Positions 12,241 through 27,248 of a stretch of DNA of 63,852 nucleotides are shown in pieces (positions within the stretch are counted from its first letter, which is position 1; each line of letters begins with the position of its first letter). Location: NCBI GenBank assembly GCA_910592345.1, contig CAJVPI010000058.1, positions 1 to 63,852 on the forward strand. The letters run 5' to 3'. Source of the DNA: Paraglomus brasilianum. Its lineage: Eukaryota. The notes beneath the pieces were generated by a model. The model had not been told where the DNA came from, searched no databases, and saw only the letters and a program-made list of their open reading frames with translations. Made by a program: the position numbers and the translations under genes.

Positions 12241-14600
12241 AAATAATTAACTGAGGCAAATTATATGACCCGACCATTGTTTTGCTAGTTGGATCAATTA
12301 GTATTAGTATTAGTGGCTATTATCAGACCGTGACCATCTTATTCACAATCTCTTTTCAATAACAATCATCCAAAATAGAAGTTTAAATATTAATGTATCG
12401 CTTTGTTCAGTATTAATATTAGCTATAATAATAATATTACTATTATTATTGGAATGTTATAGTAATTGACATATCCACTGGTTTCCATAAAGAACAGAAT
12501 TAATGTGAGTTTAAGCCCATCCACCGTTTCAATAGCTGCTTTTGGAGGTGATTTGGATATACTTTGATTGGCAGCGTACGATGGAGAGCTTTCAAGTGTT
12601 GTCATTTGTTGCGTGCTGCTGTTGTCCTGATCTTGCGCTTTTTTCCTTGTTTGGATGAGGTCGCGGCAGAGTCGGTCACAACATGTGTGATTCTAATTGG
12701 TAATAGGAATAAATATGCATGACAAACGTTAATAACATCACCCTTCTATACTTGCATGTTTCATGCGCGTTTTCGGTTCCGCCATTCAAATGCCGACAAC
12801 CATAAACATATTTAAGACATCATCCCCCAAATTCTTTAACCATTGCACTATTGCAATATTTTGCTTATTTGAAAATCAAAATCGTAAAACACATAACCGC
12901 CACCAAAAAAAGGGTTCAAGCAAAAAGGAGGTCCTCAGCCCCCTAACCTACGAAAAACTCGTCAGCATCCCAACCTACAAACTTAAGACCTTATTGGAAC
13001 GGAAAAGTCGCGGCATGGTCTCAGAAATTGTGGTTACGATTCAGCTGTTTATTTTTGAGAGTGAGTTATGTATTTATTTAAAAAGAAGGGGATATTTAAT
13101 ATAAACATTTGGCAATATTAATCGTTCGCCATTCGTCATAGTACCCATTTAACTTTATGATTTATCTAATAACGGAGAATAAATTGTTCTCATCAGCTGG
13201 TTGGGCACTATAATCCACAGTCGCTGCGAACAATAATTTACTAGATAAAAAATTTTTGGCATGAAATGATACTATACTGTAATTTAACAATTAATTTATG
13301 AACTTGGATGAGCTAAAATTTTCTAACCGCTATTCTTTTGTATGGTACTTTACCTTACAGAGTGACTTCTATCGTCTAGGTAGTCGGTATTCTGCGGATA
13401 ATATGAAAATTACTGCCACGCAATCAATAAAATAATAACGATGAAGCCATAAAGACCAATTGTTTAACTTCTATGTGCTGTACCATTAACTGTACTTGGG
13501 CTAATTCACTGCTTTAGTCGTAATCTCTTGGTATCTTTTTCAAAGATAACGAAAATTTAGTTAGATTATAACCCTGAAACCGATACATGTAATTGAGAGT
13601 GAAGATAGTAACTTCTGCCAATACTGTTGTCAATATAAGTAGTAGTCATCGACATGTTGGTAGTTTGTATAAGCATGCTAATTAGTTACAATAGCGACGA
13701 TGTTTTTTATTTCATAATGCTCTTGATGATGTAAATTCTCACATCCGCTGATGGAACTAGCGAGCAAGGCTCAATAAACAAACTTAGATTTTCATTGTCG
13801 ATTGCGAAAAAGAGTCTGAGTTGGGTTTTCCTTAACTATTTCTCCTGCCTGTTTGGACTCACCAATTGATTACTTTGGTTTCAACCGATTATCCTCGCAA
13901 TCTACATTTTTGGCTTTATTGCGAGCGTGGTAATTATCTTTGGCCAATTACTAGGCAAAGCTATAACACGATAAAATGATAGTAAATGACAATAACACTC
14001 GCTATAATTATTCTTTATGTCGGTAGTACACATTTGAGTGTCTAACCACGAGTGCCAATCAACCAAAATTTATGTCTGACGAGTATAACCTATTCATATT
14101 ACAAAGAAATTTAGTCATGGATGAGTACAAAGTCCCGGAATCAAAATCCGAGCAAAGTTGGATTAATTCTGAAGTATGTGGGGAGCTTGGTCAAATTTCA
14201 GAAAAATCTAGCGAATTTTTTTAAAGTGTTGGGGTATTGGCATTTTTAGCAGAATAAATTATATTTAACGCTATAAGTACGCAAATCTACATTCTGCAAA
14301 ATGGGTTTACTTTGAAAAAGATCAAATTTGAGTGGTCGTACCCGCGGTCGCATGCTCTCCCAAAACATCAATCTTGTACGCGAAATCTTTTGCGTTGAAT
14401 AAATTGCCATTTTCTATTCTTTAAGCCTAATTTAGAGTGACAATGTTATTTATTCCAAAGAACTATATTTATCTGCCTTTGTGATAAGATTGATAAGGCG
14501 TCATTGACTCGCGTAAACACCATATGACATCAGGATGCTCAAGTAGAGATAAAAACCCCCGCTGGTAGACTTTTTGAAACAACTCTCGTTTGCGATAATC

Positions 14601-17600
14601 ATGGGGTTTCGTGAAGAAATTTTCCAGGCTAAAGGTGAGCTCAAAAGAATGCTTTTGACGGTATTTTAACTTATTAAAATAATTTATTTTTACTATAAAT
14701 CAATAAGTGAGCAACGCAAATGGTTCAGAGAATACAAATGGTTCGACAATACCGCCGGCCTCTACAGAAGTCGCCGCTGGTAAATACACTTGACGATGTT
14801 AAAAGGTAGTGGTTGAACGAAACCTGTTCTAATGTTTTTAATTTTAGGACCTTCGACATATTTGCATGACGATCGCTCCTTAAATGGGTCGTTTGATGAC
14901 ACGTCCAACAGCGGTGGTGAATTTCGTCCAAATTTGTATCGACTGATCGAACTGCGTTCGGATACAAGCACAGCTGGAACAGGTAATATACCTTTCGTAG
15001 AGCATGTAATCATCCCGACAACCTGTGAATCGGATTACCTTAATTTTTACTGCTTTTCTCTCATCATATAGTGGATAAAGCTATTATCCACCCGATAGAT
15101 TTGGGAAAATTGTGCAATGCATTGGCCCCCGAAAGTTATCAATCTGTCAAAGATATACGCTTCGAGAAATTAGGGACGGAACCTCTCGATCTTGTTGGCT
15201 GCTATGGGAACCGTGAACTCATTTTAAAGCTATTGTTACAGAGCAACTGTATCAATCAGGACAAGTTAGTAGCATACATCGATAAGCATCAGTATTTTAT
15301 GTGTACATTACGTTTTCTTCATGCCCATTCTGCAACATAGATATGATGAACTTGTCCAGTCTGAACGAGATCCCGATTCAGTTCGTACGAGTACTTTATT
15401 AACAACTGGCCTCTATCTACTTTTGATCAAGCCGCACTTGGGCTTTGTGATTCTATGGCCGGAGAAAGGTTGTTATGAGGAGAAGGATTCCGTAAACAAA
15501 CAGAAAAATATGACAAATCTTCACAGGCACGTACTTGATCTATGTTACTAAAGTTTTTCAAATTAAGCTTATTCATAGAATTGCGTATTATAACTGTACA
15601 GATTCTTGACGAAACTGACGAATCATCAATTCTGCCTAATGAGTGGCAACGACTTGGAAAACTTTTTATGGCAACTTCCTCAAACTGCTCTCAGTGGAAC
15701 AGCACGCAATTTTAGGCACTGGGATTTGAGAGTGACAATGAACCAGGAACAACAAAGAAGCGTTGAGATCAGTGAAGGATTTGGGGTAAGAATTTGCATA
15801 ACTATATCATATTAGGGTCTCTTGCTAACACTAATGTACAACTTTTTAGATAAAACTGCCCGAGCTTCCCAAACCCGATAGCGATTTGTCAACAGCCTAT
15901 ATTGTAGAATCAGTCTCGTCACAATCTTTAGTCATTAAATCATATGTTCCTGCTGGAGTTGCGACTGAAGAAAGGATCGAAAAAGGTGACCTTCGGCAAT
16001 TTCAACAATTTCTACAGACCGTACGCTCGCAAAATTATTCTTTGAATGTTTCAAATCTGGGTTTCACGGAATTGTGGACTTTAGTTGAAGATGGTTTGCA
16101 AAATCGCAATCTCTTGAGGCCACACAAGAATCTGAAAGACGCGATGGCGAGGAAACGGGAGAGAGAGTTTGAAAAATATAAAAAGAAAATGATCGAATGG
16201 GCCAAGTGGAAACTTGAGCAACATTACAGGTACAGAAAATTTTGTGATCTTTGATTTAAGTAAATAAATTGGTAGTAACTACCTGCCTATTAGTACTTTT
16301 GAGGGCAAAGAATCAAGCAACGACTTATGTTATATTGAGGATGATCCCAGTAAGTTTTTTTTGTATAAAATCATTATCTTTCACTTTTATTTTTGTTAAT
16401 TATCTCCAAACGCATTATAGACTATCAGCAATGTTATAAGCACCACAAAAACTTATGCCAGCAAGTTGTTACGGAAGTAGAGAGCATTGGCAGCTACCAA
16501 AAATGGAAGCGAGACAAAGATTGGTCAAGGTTTCTGAACCAACATACGAATATTGAATATTATAAAATACATAAGTATAAAGAAGAGGATGTTGAACAAA
16601 TGGCAGATGATTTAAATTCTAAGCTTAGGTCAACGGGGTATGGATTTAATTTTGTAATACATATATTAATATACACATACATACGTATAACTTTATTAAT
16701 TTGCTGCTATTTTAGCCAGGAAATCGTTATAACGAGGCTGGACAAGGATAATTTTCGCAATTCTTCAATATATACTTTACATTATAACAATAAAGTTGAT
16801 CAACCATCTTGTAACAAACTCACTATCCGCGAATTCGAGCTGGATGCATTTGAACGTGCGAGAGTTAAACAAAGTCCGGACTTTTTACCGACTCCGAGGG
16901 CTATTGCCGAAAGATCCCTCTGCATCAATGACGAAGTTTATGATATCAGGCAAGTATCATTACAGAACAAACTCATCGCGTTTTAGTTTTATTCTCAGAC
17001 GTTAATTTTTTATTTAGGAATATCTCACGGTTTGACGATGGAAAGTTTGTACTAATCCTAAAGGATAAAAGTCAAAGTGCAGAGAACGAGGCATTTGCTA
17101 TCTTTTATGATCTACTGGTAGATTTAGAGCAAAAGTTTGCCTCCAGTTCTCCTCAACCTACGAAGCTTTTGTACTTGTCTGAGGATACATTAATTGCTAT
17201 CAATGATTCACAAGGTCTTATGGCAACTTATTCTAATGCAAAATGCAGAGTAAGTATCTTTTTCGGAGTTGTATTCTTGTTCGTACACGATTTACTTATT
17301 ATTATATAATTGTTATGGTAGCTTAATACATATAGTTTTGACAAGAGAGCCAAAACGGTTGATCTTTATTACCGTGATGTTGTTGAGCCATTTGCATCGT
17401 TCTCTTCAGTCAAACATTTTTCGTGGATAAATAATACACGAACGCTTTTCTTCGTTGAGGAAAATGGGAACTCGCATACTTATGAAGCGGGAACTAATTA
17501 TCTAAGACCTTTTGCAAGGATTCCGGTGAATGCTCAGCGTATTCTCAGTTCGCCTGATGGAGCTTGTATATTTGCACTTTTCGTGAAAACTGGTGGAGTA

Positions 17601-20600
17601 AACAGCCATCGGCAAGACGCAGATTATGTCTATTTACAAGAAGGTTCGGTGCCAATGGATGCGAACACAGAAGAAAATTTGGTCCATGCTCACGTATTTT
17701 ATCTGGATAGAAGCGAGCAAAGCAATTCTTTGATACAGACTACTTCTTTCCCTTCACACATGTTGCCATATTGTCAATTTACATCTTTTGAGAATACCCA
17801 ACACCATTTGGTTTCACTTGATCTTGAACACAGCCGATTGACTTCAGCAAGAGTCTGTATAAATGGTGAAAGGAATAGATTCCGAATTAGGAGAGACGGG
17901 ATGGTTACGATTGACGGTCCAACTATCGTGCGTGGCGAACGCACAAGATTCACTCAGCATGTTCAGGTTGGGCAGTATATTGTCATACAAAATGAAAAGA
18001 AACCAGTCCTGAATATCTATTCCGATACTGCGTTGAAGGTTGGCGATGGTGGTTTCCAATCATTAATAGGCAGTAGAACGTCCTACAGCTATACAGTAGA
18101 AGGGAAAACTACAACCAATGGATACCTGGATGTCTACTCACACCTATTTACGAAGTATCCTATACTACCTTGCATAAATAATGGCTTTGTACCTATGGAA
18201 CTCACTATTGTGATAGACAGTCCGGACAACACAGAAGCCGATTTGGAGACACTGAGGAACAGATTCAACGACTATATGAAATCTCAGTTCCAGAAACTTC
18301 ATGACGTGACGAAGAAAGATACGGACCCGTTGAGAGAATTTAGTATACGCGTGGCAAGATTTGATGATATCTTTGCAGCAAATATTTTAGAGCAGGGAGC
18401 GTCACGCTATCGGGCGGACGAGTAAGTTTGCTCATATTCCTTCTACGTTATTTTCTATATCCTATTAATTTCACCATTTCAAATAGATGGATTATCCAAT
18501 TATGTACGCTTATACCAATACAACTGGCGGTGGCTAGAGATGATCAGTTTATCATTCTTCGTAATGGCTTACAATCTCAACAAGCCATCCAAATTGAATA
18601 TGGAAGAAATGCGGAAGAAGTTAGTCAGTCAATCTCATTCGATTGGTATGAGGCAATCTTCAAATATCTTGGTAATAAGACTGTGAAAGTAGTATCTAGC
18701 ATGGGTGAACAATCCTGTGGGAAATCATACCTTCTCAACCATTTCATTGGTACAAGCTTTGATGGATCTGCCATGGTAAGAAAGCGATTGGAGAATTCAG
18801 AGTCATTGTAAATATATCAAACTCAAAAGCATGTCTTTTCCCCAGCGTTGTACGGAGGGTGTATGGATGTCTTTAGGTAAGGTTTATTCTCGATATCTTG
18901 GGTCAGAGTAATGACTTCTAAAATGAAAACTTTTACAAAAAGCTTACGTGGAAAATAAGGTCTATGTAGCGCTTGATTTTGAAGGTAGTAAGATTCTTTA
19001 TAAGTTTAGTGGGTTTAATTTGATTACAAAAAAGTACTTATATTCTTTATTTGCTTCTAGGGCTCAATTCTGTCGAAAGATCTGCTCAAGACGATCTCCA
19101 TTTAACTCTCTTAAACGCGAGGTAGGTTTTAAGCTGGAAACTTTTTCAAATGGATGTTTTTCTTGATGCCGTTTTACTTCTCTCGTATTATGCCTCTCCA
19201 GCCTATCGACAATGATTTTGTTCAAGAATCAATTTTCTATAAATCGGGATATGTCGGAAATGTTCAAGAGATTTCAAGTGGGAAGACGTTATTTTGGCAA
19301 TGAAGAAGAAGAAAGCAGGATTTTTCAGGTGAGTCTTCAGACAATAAATTGGTTGATGCTCGGCAAAATGGCTAACGCTGGATATCATTTACAGGCATTA
19401 TTTTGCATAATTATTAAAGATGTCGCAGATCCCGATGCTGGAGTAATCCAGTATGAGTTTTACCAGAAGCTCACCGACATTGTAGAGACCGTATGTATAG
19501 CAGATAATTAAAATATAACAATGAAGAAACTCTTAATACTTAACAAAGTCTGTATATATTATAGGAAAACGAAAATAACTTCATGTCCAGATTGTATGGT
19601 GAAGCAATGAGTATCATAGCTTGGCCTGTGTTTAATGATCCGGGTGAGGTTAGAATGTGCTGTCTTTTTATTAAACGTGCGTTTGTTAATCATTTATCGC
19701 AAAATGTCAGGATTTTATGCGGAGCTTGATTTACTCAAATACAAGTTGGATTTTGAAGCACCGACTAAATATGTCAATGCACTTGATTTTCTGACTAAGC
19801 TTAAGTTCATTATGGCAAAATTGATGGTAAGGACCGATACATGCTCATAAAAATAATTCTTATAATAACTCGTATGCAATTTAATACAGATAAGTGACTG
19901 GACATCCCTGTCCGAGAGTATATTACGAAGCAAAGTTAGGAAATTTAAGGAGCTACTCCCGAATGTTGTAGCCTACGGTCATGAGTTTATTGAATTTGCT
20001 TCACAAATTGGAAACAACGATTGTAATGAAAATAGACGCGATTCTCAATCTGTTGTGCAGTGTCTTGTTGTAAGTTTCACTACAATGTTAGGATCATTGA
20101 TTTCTGCTTTTGGTAGCAACACTGCTGACGTCTTCATCTCTATTGGTAGGATCATAACACTGGAGCCTATATTGACGATTATGAGATACCAATGTTACAA
20201 TCTCTGAACAACTCTACTATACTTTTACCAGACGCCAATATAGTTTTAGCAAATCCGTCTAACGAGAATTCGAATTTGGTTGAGCAATTCAATGTTCTTT
20301 TCACATTCTTCGAAAGTCATTTTGGAAAGCGTTCGTCTGTCAGAGATGACTCTGAATGGCTGAATAATTATAGTCAATTTATTAGTGCAATTATAAATCG
20401 GCGTTGTGATCGTGTTGAAAAGTGGCTTAATGCGAACATCCAACCATATCAACCGGATCACCAAGAAGTTGTACAAACCAAACAAGAACTCGAAAAAGAA
20501 CTCATTCAGCTCAGACAGCATTGGGCTTTATGTGAGAATGCTTGCAACAACAACGGATGCAGTTTACTATGTTTGAAGAACAAACATCAAAATTCAGAAC

Positions 20601-23156
20601 ATAACTGTATGACCGATCATAAATGTCATTCACATTGCGACTTTGGGGGGGATCACGTCGATGGAGTTGAACTACCACGATGTCATCATCCTGCTGGACA
20701 TGCGGGAAAACACATTTGTGAATCAAATCACACATGTACTCATGAATGCAAGTACAGTGCGAAGAAGGGTTGCCTTAAGAGATGCGCAAGACCAGATAAC
20801 CATGAAGGGGATCATTTGTGTCAAGCGAAGAAACATTTCTGCGGGAAAAAATGTGCTTTATCAGCTTCAAAGTTATGTAAATGTATGGGACTTTGTGCGA
20901 CTCCTTGTGAAGAAGATCATGAACAACATAAATGCGAGTCTCGAGGCTGTCCCATTGCCTGTTGCATTGACGGATGTAAAAGACTGTGTCAGAGTCGAGA
21001 TCACCTCCATGCTCTTGAGACAAAGTTTCATATCTGTGGGTAAGTCATCAAGATTGTCGATTGATTAATTGCCTTAACATCTGAAAGCTAATATAATACT
21101 ATCATTTATTAGGTATGCACACCCATGCAATAATAAATGTGAGAAGAGAGGTATCTGTAAGGTCGACACCACAAGGGAAACGAAAACTTACATGAACGGT
21201 TACGGAAAGTTCTCTTACGAAGAGGTAAGCTTTCTTTGCAGTTAGTGGTATTTAACGGCCTGATTAACCAATTTTCATAACAATATTTATCAAGCGCTCA
21301 CAACAAGAAAGGAGACTCGATTGCGATCGTATGATTCCGCCAAACAAACTGCGCCATGATGGTCCTCACGAATGTAAAGATACACATAGATGTGAGAAGC
21401 GATGTCCATACTGCGAATTTTATGTAAGTTTGCTGACTGTTAAGCATCCAAGGTGCTTTCGGATGCGTAATAATACTGATACGATGTTGTGCTATTAGTG
21501 CGATATGAGATATGATCACAAGGGACTGCATGAAACTGCCCATGGAAGCATGAAGCCGATGGTTTGGGTAGGCGTTACCAAAACTATCGATTATAACAGA
21601 CATACATTTAAGAGTGGGGATTCGGGGCGTGCTGTCTACTGCCACATGGTAAGTGAATAACAAATGATTATTTAACGAGATGTATACTGTATTCATAATA
21701 GTAACCACTATTTATGCGACAGCTGTGCAAAGATGCCGATCGTCATCTTCATGTCGATTATTGTCCTGACGAAAATACATGTAAAGCAAAATCAGAATCA
21801 AATAAGCGGAAAGATCAAATAGAGCACATTAATGGTAGTTACATAGCTGCCTTTATTCTTTCATTCTGAATTTGTTTTTATTTTCTAATCTATAACTGCG
21901 TTTTTAGATGAAGTTGAACCATATCCACACAGGCCCAAAGACTATATCTCACATCGTCTATATTGGAGTCGTTCGGGTTTCCGAGGTATTATAGTTCAGC
22001 TTTGTATTAATCATGTGGCTAACGTTGATACTGACTATAATATTTTGTAGATCCTTATGAATCACCCGACGAACAGAAACTCTTTGCAAGTTGTGTGCAT
22101 GTTTGTGGCAGTGCGACACATACTGACAAGAGTAAAAACCATTGCACATTGCCATTATTTCACGAACTTGCTGATCCTAACACACAAGTGGCAAATGGTC
22201 ATATCTCTAGAGACGGTCATCAATTTGAGTGTTCACATTATGACACATACCATGTTATTTTCGTTATCGATAAATCCGGGTCGATGTCTCACACCGATAA
22301 AACGCCCGAAGATAGAATCGGATCTCACAAAATTATGCAGAAACATAACAATCGACTTGGTGCAGTCTATGAATGTGTGAAACAATTTATTAGGACACGA
22401 TGTGGAGTTAACGGGACAAATCAGATTGATAACGATATAATGTCGTTTGTTCTGTTTGACAATAAGCCGACTGTAGTCATGCAGAACCAAAAATTTGAAT
22501 ACAACGATAGTTTAATTGATGATCTTTGTAGATATGAGGCCGGCGGTAGTACTAATTATGTTAAAGCTATTAATACGACTGGAGACCTTATTCAGAGATA
22601 CAAACGACAAGCCAGGTGGGAATGCTTTAGCAGGTTGGGGTACATGGTTCGATAAGGCTAACCAAGCTATCTTTTTAGAGTGAATGTGATCATATTTCTA
22701 TCCGATGGTGGCTGTAGCGTGCCCAGAAGAGAACTCGAAGAGATTTGCAGCCGAGGCCAAGCCGAACAGTAAGTAGAGTTCTAAACGGTAGTATTTACTG
22801 TATTCTGCCTATATAGGACTCACACTCTCCTATTACAACTAGGTCCCCTGTTTACTTATATACAGTATATTTTGCCCGTTCACGTAAGTTCCACGATTAA
22901 TTTGTCATCAAACAAATCTTTGATTTGTGTTCTTATTTCTGGTATTTCCGTAGATAATAATAATAATAATGGATATGCGAGAGACGGATCATCACTTCGA
23001 GAGATGGCAAATATTGCGTCTACATATGCCCCAAAGACTGCCACAGGACTCAAGTGTGAATATGTGTTAGTACCGTCTACACTCGAATTGAAAGATCACT
23101 TTGTGAATATTGCGGAAAGTATAAGAAATCATCAGCCAACGCTTATCAAGGGGTAA
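14601..23156 (+). CDS. Giant multi-exon protein, paralog 2 (apparently complete, ~30 introns, ~2,000-2,100 aa): VLIG/GVIN-like GTPase + Cys/His zinc-finger array + VWA
   Basis: ATG 14601 (MGFREEIFQAK) splices in frame to ENTNGST...PNLYRLIEL...VDKAIIHP...LVGCYGN. Motifs: G1 GEQSCGKS (~18704-18727), G2 RCTEGVW micro-exon (~18846-18876), G3 DFEG, IIKD, Cys/His array 20530-22250, VWA DKSGS (~22269), FLSDG. Stop TAA at 23154-23156. Confidence 0.9.
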
Positions 23157-24265
23157 TAGTAAGCGGACGAGTAATTTCAACAAGTTGGCTGCTAAAAGCC
23201 ACATGCTAGACAGCAAAGAATTGATTATCCACAGTATCACTATTTTAATAAACGATGTTTACACTGGCCAAATTTACCATCAATAATTAGTAATTCTCGT
23301 CAATTACCATATTTGTGGTCATGTATTTTTTTTATATTTAGCATAATATATGCCTGTTCCTATAGATACTATACTTAATGTCCAGGGAATAGGCTTACCT
23401 CCGCACGAGGCAATATTGGAAATGATAATCTATCAAAGGATCCGATAATATAATTTTATCCATAGAACCAATACCATGTTCGACCGGGCCTGCACTTATA
23501 ATGAGCGATGCAAAGCAAATAGTCGTATGAGTCCTTCCCAATAATAACTAATGCTGACGTTGACCATATGCTAAAGTATAATTTCTATATTAATATAGTA
23601 GGGAGCAGGCAAATTAGTGTCAGCATGGGCTTTCTACCAGACGATGAACTGTAAGTTTGGACAAAGGTTTTAATTAACATCAAGCCATAACTCGAGCAAA
23701 ACTATCGTGGGTGGATTAATAAGTTTCTTCGATACAACGATTATTATGATAATGACATACAATACAAGTAACAGCCCTAAAACCTGTAACACTTTTCGAA
23801 TGAATAAGTAAAATTCATTTAATCAGAGAGCAAACCGATGCTTACAGTCGCATTAGGAAGACATTCCTTCACTTATTGTAAAGAATGTGTCAGGAACGAC
23901 AAATATGTGCTGTTGGGGTTATATGATAGTCTGGTGAATGTTCTATCAATAATCGACCCATATAGAAATTCCGCCAAAAATTTAATACAAAACGATGGCA
24001 TGGACTTTCTCATTATTATAACCCAACTCTTCAAGACCCAGTATTTCAAATTTTGTTTGTTGAGCATCTATTGCATCATAGAACAAATTCTGACAAAATA
24101 CTGCTTTATAGCGAAGAGCATTCTGTCGGAAATAGTTGCATTGAGACAAATATTATCGTTATTATTTGTTACATTTGGTCACATGGTTAAAGATAACTTA
24201 AAATGTGGGTTGCAATGCAAGTTTTGGACTGTTTGTCCAACATGACCCCACTCAAACCGTTTAAA

Positions 24266-27248
24266 ATGTCTGCTAGCGATTTAGCGCCATTAAACGAACT
24301 TCTTCTCAATGATAACCACAAAAATCGTCGAGCCATGCTCGATTTCATGGCGAATGACCCTATCTACATACCACGATACAATGTTCCGTTGGAATTTGAA
24401 CGAGAGTTGGCGTTAGAACGATTGCAACGCTTGGCCAATAAGAGATTCATTTCTGTATTTGATTTTGAAAACAACCCACTGAATATATTTGCTGGTATGT
24501 ACAAAGGCTAAAGAGATGATATTAATCTTTAAACATCAATTGGGTTTGTTTTTTCCCCTATTGTGACCTTTTTATTCCCTCGATGTTTTCTCATCTTACA
24601 GCACATGAAGTCGCTGGCATGGTTGATGGCTCCGTGGCTACCAAGGTGGGAAAAAAAGACTTATATTTTTCCAATCAAAATCATTGATATACATAATACG
24701 GTCGCTATATACTAATAATCATATGTCTTAAAACTGCATTCAGATGACTGTACAATGGAATCTCTTTGGCGGAACGGTTATCAAACTCGGGACTGAAAGG
24801 CATCGACATCTCTTACCCGGCGTTGACAATCTCAACAATGTTGGATGTTTTGCGCTAACTGAACTTGGATACGGTAATAATGCTGTTGAAATGGAAACCA
24901 CTGCTGTTTATGATGAGAAAACGCGAGAATTCATTATCAACACTCCTTCGACGCTGGCTCAAAAGTATTGGATTACGAATGTACGTTTATGTGAGATCTG
25001 CTTGGGAAGCCGAAATCGGCGTTCGAGTATGTGCTTATTTATGTTAACATATGAGAGTGTCTAACCCGAGATGAAATTTATTAGTCGGCCGTTCATGCAA
25101 AGTGGTCTATCGTATTCGCTCAAACCATCATTCGTGGACAGAATGAAGGTATACATGCTATCTTGGTTCGGATTCGTCACGATGAGTAAGTGAACGAGTA
25201 TGATCTTGAACGTTTTTGATTTGCACGAGTCATACAGTTCTAAACAAGTTTGCGTGAATGCATTTAAACAGCATGACTCCATGCGAGGGCGTTAAGATTG
25301 AGGATATGGGTATGAAGTTTGAGTGCAATGGCGTGGATAATGGTAAGTTCTTCCTCACAATCTCGGAAGGGAAACTTTCGATATGTGATCTTGCTGTTGT
25401 TGGTTTGACGATCTAATTGTACTATACTTAACTCGTGCTCCAAGGAAAACTCTGGTATAATAACGTAAGTTTTTGTCTTTTTACAAAGACTATCTGGTTG
25501 AGACAGAATAAGTCATCACCTTCAAATACTTTGTTTAGGTTCGAGTACCAGTAGATAACCTGCTTAACAGGTATTCGAACATTGACGAGAACAACAACTT
25601 TACAAGCTCTGTTAACAGTCGCAGAGGGTAAGTCTAATTACTAATTTCCTATTTTACATTTGGGGGGAAAAAATTATCCTAATCGCACACGTATTTTGCA
25701 GACGATTCTTGAAAGTGGCAGACCAGCTTCTTTCTGGAAGGCTTGCAATTGCATCAATGTGTCTTGGGGGAACAAAAGGTAATCTCGTATGTGTGTCTGT
25801 CGGATTAAGTGTCAACAACTAACATTTGTTTGACGCCGAACAGCTTGTCTTTCTATTGCCTTTCGCTATGCGAATTCTCGTCTTTGCGTTGGTCCTAATG
25901 GCAAAAGGTTTGTAAAGGGTGTATCAGGAATTTCTGACGATATAAATCAATGCTTATCATGAACTTGTTTTTAGTGATACGGCCATATTGGCATACCAAC
26001 TTCAACAGAGGGCTCTGTTACCTTTGTTAGCCACAACGACTGTGCTGAATATTGGTTTGAATTATTGCAAAGTCAGATGGGCAAAACAGGTTGGATTAAT
26101 GAAGTCAGTCTTGTTAATAGTCATGTAAGGGGATTTTTCGGTGCGTTCTCAACAATTTTTTTTCCTTCACATTTTTATTGACTATAAGACGAAAAAAGAT
26201 GTCAAAGACATCGTGCGTCTTTGCTGTGTTATCAAGCCTCTCGTAACTTGGAATTTTGAAAGGGTTGGCACAACATGCAGGGAGCGTTGTGGTGGGCAAG
26301 GATATCTTAGTGTTAATAGATTTAGTGGGTTTATCGGATTGGCTCATTCTGGCATGACAGCAGAGGGAGACAATTCAGTTTTAATGCAGAAAGTATCCAA
26401 GGAATTATTGGCAGATGTCAAATCTGGACTCGTGAAACTACCCAACGTATCGGACGCTGCAGCTGCTTTAACATGGGATCTGAGCAAGCTAGAGAATTTG
26501 ATGAAACTATTTATATTGAGAGAGAGAAGCCTATTGCAAGAGGTGAGTTCCAAACAAGGGGTTTATTATCATAGGGTGAGATTTAAGGATATTAGTGTTC
26601 TGATATAATAGTTCCAGCTAATAACTGATAATCTTTTGTTAGCTCGATAACAATATGGCAACGAAAATGGATGTAGGTACGTCTCTCTTTGATGTTTGGA
26701 TGCGACAAGAGTCTGATACTATTCAAGCGCTGGCTAGTGCACATGGCGGAAGGATTGCTCTTGAGCAAACCCTAATTGCTATTAACAAACTACAAGGATT
26801 TTCCAGGTACATATGTGGATGCTTACATTGCTTTTCTTGTGGAAAACACGCTAACTTTTACAATTTCTTATAATAGAGAGTCGTTGTATCAATTAGCTTG
26901 CTTGTATGCATTGGCCCAAATTGAAGCCAATCTCTCTTGGTATATGGTCAACAATCTTATAACAAAAGACTCGGCTAGAGTTGTTCCACTTTTAATCAGA
27001 ACAATAGTGGCTACTTTGGCTCCACACAGTATTGTCTTAGTAGATGCTCTGGGTGTTGATCCTCGAGTGCTGTATGCTCCCATTGCTAATGTAAATCCAA
27101 GCAACACGTGGGAGAAATTCAATATGAGAGATAATAAAGGTACGCTGATATTTACGTTTTAAGTCTCTTTATTAAACATTTGCTGACTGTGATTACGATA
27201 TTTGTAGGTGAATTGACTGAAATGAGGACCGGAATGAGCAAGCTGTAA
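24266..27248 (+). CDS. Peroxisomal acyl-CoA oxidase (acyl-CoA dehydrogenase/oxidase fold), multi-exon
   Basis: Motifs [21 protein letters not shown]...FIINTP...[40 protein letters not shown] and catalytic-type TAEGDNSVL. The last spliced exon ends ...GMSKL* (PTS1). Alternative in-frame ATG at 24242. Confidence 0.93.

Noticed and set aside
23838..24245. 135-aa ORF upstream of the acyl-CoA oxidase
   Set aside because: No recognisable motifs, and its homologous copy at 11840-12240 has multiple indels and no equivalent ORF, consistent with non-coding DNA.
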